64,000 bases of DNA from NCBI GenBank assembly GCA_964019335.1, contig OZ025738.1, positions 338,772 through 402,771 of the forward strand, written 5' to 3'. Shown one piece after another: positions 47,973-59,981 of the stretch. Below the pieces are notes generated by a model that saw nothing but the letters and a program-made list of their open reading frames with translations, had not been told where the DNA came from and did no database searches. Each line of letters starts with the position of its first letter. The first letter of the stretch is position 1. The DNA comes from Diplonema japonicum (lineage: Eukaryota > Protista > Euglenozoa: Diplonemea). The position numbers and the translations under genes are program-made.

Positions 47973-49151
47973 CTAATATTTCACTTTATCAGACGCAGTG
48001 GGATGGGGGAGAGGTTCTTCACTACACTGCACAGGCACTGCTTGCAGGAGCGACTCGCCAGGCATCGGTACCTCTTCCTCCTTTTCGGCAGGAGGTGCAG
48101 GGGTTGCGGTGTCATCTGAAACACTTACCCCAGGTGGCACCCTAGACTTTAAAAGCCTCTTAATAGCATCAGTGCCTCCTCTCAAGTTGATGGTTTCTAG
48201 TTTTTCGCACCGTGACAAGAAGTAATGACCAATACAAGAAAGATTGGTCATCCCATTCAAGTCGATGGTTTCTAGTTTTCTGCACCCTGACAAGAAAGAA
48301 TTACCAATGGAAGAAAGATTGGTCCCATTCAAGTTGATGGTTTCTAGTTTTTTGCACCCTGACAAGAAGCAATAACTAACAGAAGAAAGATTGGTCATCG
48401 CATTCAGGTTGATGGTTTCTAGTTTTTCACAATCTGACAAGAAGCAATGACCAACAGAAGAAAGATTGGTCATCGCATTCAGGTTGATGGTTTCTAGTTT
48501 TTCACAATCTGTCAAGAAGCAATGACCAATGTGATAAATATTGGTCATCGAATTCAAGTCGATGGTTTCTAGATTTCTGCATTCTCTTAAAAAATTAGGA
48601 TTAATGGTGGAAACATTGGGGAGGATGAGAGAGACAGACGTCAGGTGGTTGCATTTCCGAAGAAAACCCTCGTCTATACTTGTAACACAGCCTGTGGAGT
48701 CGGTGACAACGAGGAACTGAAGTCCAGAAGGAAGGTCACTGCTGCTCATGGACAAGACTTCGACAGCTGGAGAGTCCCCCACCTCCACCACCAGAACAAG
48801 CTCAGGGTCAGCTGACACAAGACCCTCAAGCTCAGAAACCAATCCTGAGTTCTCGTCCTTCAACTCATGCAGACGAACTGTTCTCTTATGCTCTGCCTCC
48901 ACATGGACCATGGAGCCCTCCACAAGCCCAAGTTGCTGAAGCTCTTCACCGCCTTTCATGTCAAGGACCTCACCCTCCCAAACCAGTTTGAACTTGCCTT
49001 CGAGTAAACCAGCAGCACACCCCGCCTTCTTGTACAGGCTCCCCACTGTCTCCTTCCCCGACACTTCCACATCGTGAACCCCGCCTCCCGTCTTCACGAA
49101 CACTGTCATATCGTTCACCCCTTCATCTGATCTCTTTCTCTTTCTGTTCAT
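47973..49151 (-). CDS. UBL + LRR protein, tandem copy 3
   Basis: Translation identical to copy 1. Confidence 0.88.
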   Translation of the reverse strand: MNRKRKRSDEGVNDMTVFVKTGGGVHDVEVSGKETVGSLYKKAGCAAGLLEGKFKLVWEGEVLDMKGGEELQQLGLVEGSMVHVEAEHKRTVRLHELKDENSGLVSELEGLVSADPELVLVVEVGDSPAVEVLSMSSSDLPSGLQFLVVTDSTGCVTSIDEGFLRKCNHLTSVSLILPNVSTINPNFLRECRNLETIDLNSMTNIYHIGHCFLTDCEKLETINLNAMTNLSSVGHCFLSDCEKLETINLNAMTNLSSVSYCFLSGCKKLETINLNGTNLSSIGNSFLSGCRKLETIDLNGMTNLSCIGHYFLSRCEKLETINLRGGTDAIKRLLKSRVPPGVSVSDDTATPAPPAEKEEEVPMPGESLLQAVPVQCSEEPLPHPTASDKVKY

Positions 49152-50245
49152 GTTCTTTTTTTTTCGTTCTTTTCCCCCCAAACACTTCTTGTTTTGTTTT
49201 TATTTTCCCTGTGTGCTTGTCGTGAAGGCTTCAGAAAAAGTAGATCTTGTATACCACAAACGTGACTTTGATTTTAGTGGGGCCTGTCCTATCAGGCCAA
49301 AAATAATAAAAATAGTTTTTTGTATTGTTCTGTAAAAAGTCCCAAGTATGGTCCAAAATCCGAAAAAAGTACATAATTTATACAGCACACTAAATCCCCA
49401 GACGCTGAACAATATAAATACAAATCCGGTAGTACTATTCCTTGGTATGCGTTCTTTTTCTTTCAATCGATTGTTATATGTACTTATAAAATACAGCGCG
49501 CATTCGACGGCACTGATCAAGCGACTGGCACCTTCCACTCAATAGTACTATTCCACGATTCAGGGAAGGAAAAGGTAAAGAAACGAAGAACGAAATGAAA
49601 AGAGGAGGGGGGGATATAAGATTGATTTCTGGCATGCGTGCGATGTCCCAAGCTACAAAGCCAATGCGTGCACTACGTCATCATCAGAGGAGTCGGTGTC
49701 AGAACATAAGAATCTTTCCTTCCTTAGCGGGTGCAGGGGGATGGGGGAGAGGTTCTTCACTTGACTGCACAGGCACTGCTTGCAGAGCGACTCGCCAGGC
49801 ATCGGTACCTCTTCCTCCTTTTCGGCAGGAGGTGCAGGGGTTGCGGTGTCATCTGAATAATTTACCCCTGGTGGCACCTTTGCTTTTAAAAGCCTCTTAA
49901 AAGTATCAGTGCCTCCTCTCAAAACGATGGTTTCTAACTTGTTGCACTCTGACAAGAAGCGATCACTGCAAGTCACTTGCTAAGTGTTAACTAAGGGTAC
50001 CGTGAGGGAGTAGTGCTTTGAGTAGGTTTGCCAGAGGCAATTGAGAAACGCCCACGTCGAGGCCTCATCGTCGTCGGTCGCTGTCATCCAAAGAGGCCCG
50101 CATGCTGAGCCCCCCCTGAGGTTGCACTACGTGTGGTCATCCATCCCTCGCTTTGTCCCCAGCTGCTTTCAGCGTTTCGTTATATGCAAGCCATCCTTGC
50201 CAGGGCTTCCTGAGTGCTTTTGTTCTTCTCCCCACAGCATTCTCC

Positions 50246-50306
<61 letters not shown>

Positions 50307-53300
50307 GTTTTTCTTCTTTCTTGTACCTGCCTTTGAAGGTAAACCCACAGGAACACAATAATAATACTCTTCATAAAAGAAAATGAAGGAATGAAGGAAA
50401 AATAAAAAGAAAAAAAAACAGCCTTGGGAAGAAGAAAATACACTGAATCGAAAAAGAAGGGAAAACGAAGACAGATCAGTCGGGTCCCACAGTGGGATGC
50501 CAATCGGCAAACCAACCTGGCCTTGACCCACCCACCTGCAAGCCCCCAGCCCATAACCCCTAAAAACCCATCAAGGACACCTTCACCTACATCTCACATT
50601 CGCTGCGGCTCCCCACCCTTTTATCAGGGCACTGGTGCCACAGCAAAAGAAAAAGAGAGAAAAAAATACAAATGAAATGATAGTAGAAAAAACAATTTGG
50701 AAAGCAATAAATCAGAATAGCAAGCCGACCTGCCTGCAAACCCGTGAATAGCCACTTGCACAGAGCCAGATGCAAACTAATATTTCACAGTGGGGTGGGG
50801 AGAGGTTCTTCACTAGACTGCACAGGCACTGCTTGCAGGAGCGACTCGCCAGGCATCGGCACCTCTTCCTCCTTTTCGGCAGGAGGTGCAGGGGTTGCGG
50901 TGTCATCTGAAACACTTACCCCTCGTGGCACCTCAGCCTTAAAAAGCTTCTTAAAAATGTATCAGTGCCTCCTCTCAAAACGATGGTTTCTAATTTGTTG
51001 CACTCTGACAAGAACTCATCACCAATGAAATAAAGATTGGTCATTGCAGTCAAGTTGATGGTCACAAGTTTTTTGCACCCACACAAGAAGTAATGGCCAA
51101 TGGAGTAAATATTGGCCATCGCATTTAGGTTGATGGTTTCAAGTTTTCGCACCCACACAAGAAGTGATCACCAATAGAATTAAGATTCGTCATCCCATTC
51201 AGGTTGATGGTTTCTAGTTTTTGCACCCATACAAGAAGCCATCAGGAATGGATTTAAGATTGGTCATCTCATTCATGTTGATGGTTTCTAGTTTTTTGCA
51301 CCCTCTTATGAAGTAATCACCGATGGAAGAAAGATTGGTCATCTCATTTAGGTTGATGGTTTCTAGTTTTTCGCACCCTGACAGGAAGTGATTACCAATG
51401 GAAGAAAGATTGGTCATCGCTTTCAAGTCAATGGTTTCTAGTTTTTCGCACCCAAACAAGAAGTAATCACCAATGGAATTAAGACAGGTCATCGCATTCA
51501 AGTTAATGGTTTTAATTTTTTCACACCCACACAAGAAGCCATAACCAATGGAATAAATATTGGTCATCACATTCAAGTTGATGGTTTCTAGTTTTGTGGT
51601 AAAAAAAAAAGAAATAAGTCGAAGTAATAAGGATAGGGAAAGAAATTCAGTACGATAGGAAAAGAAGTGGTTAGCAACGGCCCACACAAAAAAGACAATT
51701 CAATAAAAAAAAAGTGTACTCGCGAACAGGGGATTTCGGACAGATCACTGTATGGTAACTGAAATGATTTTAAATTAGAATAGAGAAGCGAAAAAAAAGC
51801 GAAAAAATAGATAAAAAGGGGTGGAAAAGAATAAATACTGCATACGAAAACAGGGAGTCGTAGTAAGTAACACTGCCAGAAAAACCACAAAAAAGGATGG
51901 CAAAATTTGAGTGGGTGGGAGGTACAGGTGGTACCAATTACAACAGGTGTCGGATATGTGCCTCGGTAGTGCACATGTTTCCTGCGAACATCAACGCTGC
52001 ATAAGCGTGGCGGACGATGCCATACCTCGGTGCTAAAGAATTCTGTCATTTGCTCTTGGGTAAAGTTGACTTGAGGGGGACCTTTAGTCGGGGGTGGTCT
52101 TGCAACTGCTTGTTGTAATTCCTCTTCACAACCGAGTTTAGCCTTGAATAAGCCGTCCGGACTGAACGGGCAGCTGAAATGATGTTGTAAGTGGGAATAA
52201 AAAGCGAAAAAGTTAAAAACAGATGAAGAAGGATAAATACTGCATACGAAAACAGAGAGTTGAATAGATAAAAGTGACTGACATCCTCAAGAGGAGCCTC
52301 CCACATACCAGGAATTAAGCAGAGGTTGCTTCCATGGCCCGTATCAGTCTATCGCCGGAAAGAATAATGAAAATAACAGAACGAAGTGAAAAGGAAAAGA
52401 GAAAAAACGGCCTGGTCGCCAGGAAGTGCTGGTTCAGACGCGTCAGGCCTTGCAGCAGGCTTTACTTGCTGATGTCGTTGAAATAGAGAATAGAATCCTC
52501 TTCTTTCGGACGGGCTCTTCTTTTCACACAAAAGCGTGCCCACTCCTTTTCGTATGGCTCTTGGAAGGGGGTGAACCCTGCTGCGTCTGCCTCTTGTGCA
52601 GTCGGGTTCTTGCCTATCCCAAAGGAACCTTGGTAGGAACTTTTGGAGGGCTTAAATTAGGCCCAGGAGTGAAATAATATTTCTTATTTTAACCAGGGTC
52701 CCCGGTAAGGTGGGGATAGACCGGCGATCGCCGGTCTAAGCAATTCTTTTTGAAAACGTCGCTGGTCTACGTAGACCGGCGAATTTCTAGTACCTGCGGT
52801 AGGCCATAAGGGGGCAGGGGTTGCCCCCTTTGTGAGGAATTTTTCTCTTTTTATTAATCACGGGTGAGTGGTTTAGTCCGCATTGCATTGCCTGCACCCA
52901 CTGAATAATAAACTGCTATCCGCAATTCCCTGCTCTACAACCTGAGAAACTGAACTGTCTATTGGTGATAAGCACGGAGGGGGCAGATGTTCCGAGTGAA
53001 GACTTCATCAGTTGCGTCATAAGACGGTTTCATGATATGCCGACAAGCAGACGGCATGTGAACCTTACTGAGGCTGAGTTTCTGGAGGAGTAGCACAAAC
53101 GTTCAGGGAGAAAAAAAGAAGTGTTCAAGCCAACGAGAGGCCCAATTAACGTTCACCCCTATTTTTATTTTTATTTTGAAAAAAAGGGTCAAAAAATCGG
53201 CCAAAAAGCACCACAGGTCTATCGAAAAAAACCCATTTTGAACCGGGGGCCCTGTTTTAACGCCATCAGAATTTTTTCACTCCTGGGCCTAATTTCTTTT

Positions 53301-53572
53301 AGAAGCCGGAGCGTGAAAATAAAGTCAGGAGTGAAATAAAGTGAATTCCTATTTTCACTCCCACCCATGAAAATTCTGCTGGAGTTAAATAAAAAAGTAT
53401 GAATAAGGAATGAAAGAAAAAGCTTTCTGGTCCTCCCTTGCTAAGTGTAGGGACCGGGTCATCGGTGGGAGTGTTTTGGTTTCCTGCCGTTTTGCTCTCT
53501 GAGCGTCTCGTTTTCCTCGCAACGTAGGACCTGCCAGTGACGTGCCACCGACACCGTGTTGCATGAACGGCA

Positions 53573-53604
<32 letters not shown>

Positions 53605-54697
53605 GAGTCCCCTGGCTGGTCCAGGTTCGAGTACGTTCGACCATGATGGACTGTGTCGACTGTGTTGGTGCTTTCCTCCGTTGCAGGGGGGCTTGGGACG
53701 ACACGCCAAGATCCACTGGAAGCCTATTTGTTCTTTGTGTAACTTGATGGCCCTGTAGAGGTATGGCATCTTCGTCGCCTGCAAGTCACTTGCTAAGTGT
53801 TAACTAAGGTTGCTGTGAGGACGCATGGAGGGGTGCTGCAGAGTACTGGTCGCTGTCATCCAAAGAGGCCTGCACACCGAGCCCCCTGAGGTTGCACTAC
53901 GTGTGGTCATCCATCCCTCGCTTTGTCCCCAGCTGCTTTCAGCGTTTCGTCGTTATATGCAAGCCGTCCTTGCTGGGGCTTCCCGAGTGCTTTTGTTCTT
54001 CTCTGCTCACAGCATTCCCCATCTTTCTTCTTTTTTTTTTTTTTTTTTTTTTTCCTGTACTTGCCTTGAAGGTGAACTCACAGGAACACAATAATAACAC
54101 TCTTCAAAGAAAATGAAAAAAAGAAAAAATAACATAAAACCACGAAAAAAAAAAAGCAGCCCTGGGGGAGAATTTCTTGTTCATGCAAAAAAAAAAAAAA
54201 TAAAAAAAAAAAAAGAAAGAAAAAGAAGAAAAGATTTGATAAATTTCGGTGTGTGGGTGGTGCTCACCGTACGGAGCCTGCAGAAAAAAAAGATATCTTT
54301 GAAGGGAACCTGCAGTGTGTGACAGAATCGCCTTAAAAGAAATTCACTATGATAGGAACGAAGTGGTTAGCAACGGCCCGCAAAAAAAAAGAGATGAGAT
54401 AAAGGAGGTTCCTACGTCCCCCTCGTCTCTACTTATAAAAAGAAACAAATGAAATGATGGTGGAAAAAAACCAATTGGAAAGCAATAAATCAGAAATAAA
54501 AATCGTTGAAAGAAGCAAAGTTGAAACAAAAAAAAACAGAGAAAAAAAACTCAATGTGCAGGACAAACCAAAAGAAATATAAATGAATGATAATGGAAAA
54601 AACAATTTGGAAAGCAATAAATCAGAATAGCAGGCCGACCCGCCTGCAAACCCGTGCCACTTGCACAGAGCCAGATTTTCAAGTGTAGGAGTGAAAA

Positions 54698-55843
54698 CTA
54701 ATATTTCACTTTATCAGACGCAGTGGGATGGGGGAGAGGTTCTTCACTACACTGCACAGGCACTGCTTGCAGGAGCGACTCGCCAGGCATCGGTACCTCT
54801 TCCTCCTTTTCGGCAGGAGGTGCAGGGGTTGCGGTGTCATCTGAAACACTTACCCCAGGTGGCACCCTAGACTTTAAAAGCCTCTTAATAGCATCAGTGC
54901 CTCCTCTCAAGTTGATGGTTTCTAGTTTTTCGCACCGTGACAAGAAGTAATGACCAATACAAGAAAGATTGGTCATCCCATTCAAGTCGATGGTTTCTAG
55001 TTTTCTGCACCCTGACAAGAAAGAATTACCAATGGAAGAAAGATTGGTCCCATTCAAGTTGATGGTTTCTAGTTTTTTGCACCCTGACAAGAAGCAATAA
55101 CTAACAGAAGAAAGATTGGTCATCGCATTCAGGTTGATGGTTTCTAGTTTTTCACAATCTGACAAGAAGCAATGACCAACAGAAGAAAGATTGGTCATCG
55201 CATTCAGGTTGATGGTTTCTAGTTTTTCACAATCTGTCAAGAAGCAATGACCAATGTGATAAATATTGGTCATCGAATTCAAGTCGATGGTTTCTAGATT
55301 TCTGCATTCTCTTAAAAAATTAGGATTAATGGTGGAAACATTGGGGAGGATGAGAGAGACAGACGTCAGGTGGTTGCATTTCCGAAGAAAACCCTCGTCT
55401 ATACTTGTAACACAGCCTGTGGAGTCGGTGACAACGAGGAACTGAAGTCCAGAAGGAAGGTCACTGCTGCTCATGGACAAGACTTCGACAGCTGGAGAGT
55501 CCCCCACCTCCACCACCAGAACAAGCTCAGGGTCAGCTGACACAAGACCCTCAAGCTCAGAAACCAATCCTGAGTTCTCGTCCTTCAACTCATGCAGACG
55601 AACTGTTCTCTTATGCTCTGCCTCCACATGGACCATGGAGCCCTCCACAAGCCCAAGTTGCTGAAGCTCTTCACCGCCTTTCATGTCAAGGACCTCACCC
55701 TCCCAAACCAGTTTGAACTTGCCTTCGAGTAAACCAGCAGCACACCCCGCCTTCTTGTACAGGCTCCCCACTGTCTCCTTCCCCGACACTTCCACATCGT
55801 GAACCCCGCCTCCCGTCTTCACGAACACTGTCATATCGTTCAT
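54698..55843 (-). CDS. UBL + LRR protein, tandem copy 4, lacking the basic N-terminal extension
   Basis: Identical from NDMTVFVK onward; different upstream DNA; starts MNDM. Confidence 0.85.
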   Translation of the reverse strand: MNDMTVFVKTGGGVHDVEVSGKETVGSLYKKAGCAAGLLEGKFKLVWEGEVLDMKGGEELQQLGLVEGSMVHVEAEHKRTVRLHELKDENSGLVSELEGLVSADPELVLVVEVGDSPAVEVLSMSSSDLPSGLQFLVVTDSTGCVTSIDEGFLRKCNHLTSVSLILPNVSTINPNFLRECRNLETIDLNSMTNIYHIGHCFLTDCEKLETINLNAMTNLSSVGHCFLSDCEKLETINLNAMTNLSSVSYCFLSGCKKLETINLNGTNLSSIGNSFLSGCRKLETIDLNGMTNLSCIGHYFLSRCEKLETINLRGGTDAIKRLLKSRVPPGVSVSDDTATPAPPAEKEEEVPMPGESLLQAVPVQCSEEPLPHPTASDKVKY

Positions 55844-56701
55844 TTCTTTTCTTCTTTTCTTTTTGTTGCTGTTTGAAAGTGATCTTGCAAACGAGGAAAT
55901 ATAAATGAAGGTGACTGAAATGATATTGCATTGGGAATAAAAAGCAAAAAAAAATAAAATTCACTATGATAGGAACGAAGTGGTTAGCTATGGCCCGCCA
56001 TAAAAAAAACAGGCGAAGAAAGATAAATACTGCATACGAAAACAGAGAGTAAAGGATAAAGGTGACTGACATCCTCAAGAGGAGCTCCCACGTACCAGGA
56101 ATTAAGCAAAGGTTGCTTCCATGGCCCGTATCAGTCTATTGAAGTTTATTGAAAGAATAATGAAAATAACAGAACGAAGTGAAAAGAGAAAGGAGAAAAG
56201 ACGGCCTGGTCGCCAAGTGCTCATCCAGACGCGTTGGTGGACGCAGTTTGACATCATACCCGGTGATTGGTCATCCCATTCAAGTCGATGGTTTCTAGTT
56301 TTTCACACCCTGACAAGAAGCAAAAAAGTAAGAGATAAAAAAAAGGGGGTGAACAAGAAGAATAAATACTGCATACGAAAACAGAGAGTCAAATAAAAAA
56401 GAATAAAGGTGACTGACATCCTCAAGAGGAGCCTCCCACGTACCAGGAATTAAAGTACCTCGGTGAAGCTGGGAAGTATCGGGGTATGGGGTCGATAGAT
56501 GGAAAAAAGACGAGAACTGAAATGCCCTGCAACCAAAGCGGCCAGGGCGAAACACTTGAAAAGTGATAGATCTTGAAGAGACCGAAAAACCTACCCCCCA
56601 AACCCACCACAGCAACCGACTATCCTGCCGATGTAGCAAAGCTGATCAAGGCAGCTGGGAGCGAATTGAGAGTGTGAAAGAAAAAAAAGCCCCACACCAA
56701 C

Positions 56702-56833
56702 CAGTGTTGGTCAGTCCCGTCCCGTCCCCTAAAACGGAATACGGGCCTGGACGGGACTCACGGGACTCCACAGGACGGGACTCGACGGGACTCATGGGAC
56801 TCACGGGACTCCATGGGACTCTCCCCAACACTG
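56702..56833. mobile_element. Small hAT-like MITE with internal GGGACTC repeats
   Basis: CAGTGTTGG…AGTCCC and GGGACT…CCAACACTG inverted ends; no target duplication seen. Confidence 0.55.
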
Positions 56834-56917
56834 TCATTATTTTTGATAGTTTTGCAACTTTTTTTTTTTTTTTTTTTTTTTGACATACATGATGTGTTTA
56901 CCCAGGGTTGGTCAGAC

Positions 56918-57267
56918 CAGTGATGGGTGAATCCTAATTAGGACTAGACCGGACTGGACCGGACCAGACCGGATCTGGCGTGAATTTCGACCCAATTATG
57001 CCAGACTGACCGGACTGACCAGACTGACCAGACTGGACCGGACCGGACTGGACCAGACTGGACCAGACCGGACTGGACCAGACTGGACCGGACTGGACCG
57101 GACTGGACTGGACTGAACCGGACCGTACAAGATACAACCACAACACCACATCCCCTCCTTTTTTTTGCTGCAGAGTTCAAACATATAAACAGATGTCTAC
57201 AAGAAAAGATGTTACACAGGTACTGAGAGACGACAACAACAACAAAAACAACGAGAAACGAAGAAGG

Positions 57268-57323
<56 letters not shown>

Positions 57324-59352
57324 CTTCTTTTTCAGGTGGTGGGGATAACATGAAAATATAAGAAAAACATCAGATGTGTTGTTTACTGTTGACCTCCTCA
57401 TTGGTCATCACCGAGCAAACCACACGAGTGCAGAATCTTGGTTACCCAGGGCGCCCCGGCTAGGGTTGAGCTGAACCCTGCACACATTAAGGACACGACA
57501 CGGAGCACAGAAGAAGCTACAACTCGGCCGCAGTGATTAAGGACACGATGCAGAACGCAGAAGAAGCTACAACCCGGCTGTGGTGCACCCCCTGTAATCA
57601 AGTAGACAGTTCTTGTGCAGGGCACTGCCAACACCAGCCTCCTTTAACTCTTGTATATTATTCCAAAGGTGGTGGGGATAGCATGAAAAAACATCAGATG
57701 TGTTGTTCACTGTTGACCTCCTCATCGGTCATCACCAGTAGCTCCCGAGTGGAAGAACATAATGCAGATGCTTAGGGTGACAAACAGGCAGCAAACTACA
57801 CCACACACATTAAAGACATGACACGGAATGCAGAAGAAGCTACAACTCGGTTGTGGTGCGCCCCTGTAATCAAGCAGACAGTTCTTGTGCAGGGCACCAC
57901 CAACACCGGCCTCTTTTAACTCATATATATATCATTCAGGTGGTGGGGATAACATGGAAATATAAGAAGTACATCAGATGTGTTGTTTGCTGTTGACCTC
58001 CATGTTGGTCATCACCAGTAGCGCCCAAGTGGAGAACATAATGCAGATGCTCAGGGTGATGAATTGGCAGCAAACTGCATGAGTGCAGAATCTTGGTTAC
58101 CCCGGGTTGCTACGGCTGGGGTTAAGCTGCACACTGCACACATTAAGAACACAACACAGAACACAGAAGAAGCTACAACTCAGCTGCAGTGCCCCCCTGT
58201 ATCAAGTTAACAGTTCTTGTGCAGGCACCGCCAACACAATGAACAGGCATTTCCTCCATCCACTTGGCCAGTCATCACCTGTAGCACCCTGAGTGGAAGA
58301 ACAAATTGCAGATGCTCAGGGTGAGTAAACTACTTAGGGCACCAGCTGGGGTTGAGCTACACACCGCATGCATTAAGGACACGACACGGAACGCAGAAGT
58401 GGCCAAGGTGCACCCCCTGTCACTGGTCTCCTTTACCTCTTTCATGTTATTTGGTGGTGGGGATCACAGAAATATGGAAATATAAGAAGTACATCAGATG
58501 TGTTGTTCGCTGTTGACCTCCATGTTGGTCATCACCGATTGTGCCCGAGTGGAGGAACGTATTGCAGATGCTCAGGGTGATGAACTGGCAGCAAACTACA
58601 CAGGCCCAGAATCTTGGTTACCAGGGCCATGGCTGGTGTTGAGCTGCACACTGCACACATTAAGGACACGACACGGAATATTGTGCTGTCAGTGTTGTGG
58701 TGATATAGTCACCACTTTCAACCTTGATGATGCAAAGAGGAAAAAAAAAGGGGGGGGGGGAAACTAGTTTGACACTCCATTTGTTTGTGTGCACAAGTGG
58801 AATTTTACCTAATAAAATAGCTCATTATGCTGCCATCAACTAGTTTTTAGTCTTGACAATAATATTGTTAAAACAAAAAAAAAAGTAAGGAATTCCCTGT
58901 TCTGCCAAGTTCTGGTTCTGCCATTCTGCCAAGTTCCGACTTTCAGTTTGGTGGAAGGGAATGGAACGACCCAATTCTGCACAAGCAGAATCTTGGTTAC
59001 CCAGGATGCCCTGGCTGGGGTTGAGCTGAACACCACACACATTAAGGACACGACACGGAACGCAGAAGAAGCTACAACTCGGCTGTGGTGTACCCCCTGT
59101 AATCAAGTAGTCTTGTGCAGGTCCTTTAACTCATATATCTCTCACCGCGGCCGGGTTGTAGCTTCTTCTGTGTTCCACATCGATCACCACAGCCGGGTTG
59201 TATTACATCCAAATACAACATTTCCAGACATTTGTACATACCTGCAGCTGCAGTGCACTGGAGTAGATAGGTGCAAATGGCTTGATGGAGCTGTGCATGT
59301 CTGTGGTATGAAGAAGAAGAAAAAGAAAAAAAAAAAAAAAAAAAAAAAAAAG

Positions 59353-59387
<35 letters not shown>

Positions 59388-59534
59388 TGTCCAAAAATAT
59401 TTGAAAAAAAAGTGTTTGCAGGTGTGTCAAAAATTGCAGAAAATTTTTGAGTCTGGTCAGTCTGGTCAGTCTGGCCAATCTGGTCAGTCTGGTAAAATGG
59501 GTACACCGGACTGGGCTGGATTCACCCATCACTG
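56918..59534. mobile_element. ~2.6 kb non-autonomous TIR element carrying tandem repeat-Z copies
   Basis: 17-bp TIR CAGTGATGGGTGAATCC / GGATTCACCCATCACTG; flanking direct repeat GTCAGAC; inverted subterminal (GACCAGACT)n arrays at 56940-57125 and 59450-59495. Confidence 0.75.
57334..59200 (+). repeat. Degenerate tandem array of repeat Z (about 5-6 partial or full copies)
   Basis: ggtggtggggat…catcagatgtgttg restarts at ~57334, 57668, 57939 and 58453; further fragments at ~58985-59200. Confidence 0.85.
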
Positions 59535-59981
59535 GTCAGACCAGATCAGTCTGGTAAAACCGAAAATACAGGTCTGAGGGGTCTACTGACCAGTCTGGCC
59601 CCAACTTTTTTTTTCGTCAGGTGTCTTGCCACACACCACAGGTACCCTTAAATGTCTTTCTTTTTTTTTTTTTTTCTTCTTCTTCATACCACAGACATGC
59701 ACAGCTCCATCAAGCCATTTGACACATTTGCACCTATCTACTCTGGTTCACTGCAGCTGCAGGTATGTACATATGTCCTGAAATGTTGAATTTGGATGTA
59801 ATAGAAAAGGGTGGAAATGATAAACAATATGTACAAGAGGAGGGTGTGTGTTTACACAACCTGTGTAAACAGATCGGTTCCTTAATCGTATTTAAAAAAA
59901 GAAGGGGGGGAAGCAATATATTTTTACAGGTGGGTAATGGGTGAGTGTGTTTATGTTTTGAACAACTGTGTAAAACAGTGC

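Larger units (their letters stand above)
34271..55841. repeat. Tandem segmental duplication, unit ~6.73 kb, ~3.2 copies
   Basis: Identical ORF sets recur at offsets 6735, 6732 and 6725 (stops at 34506, 41241, 47973, 54698). Confidence 0.97.
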
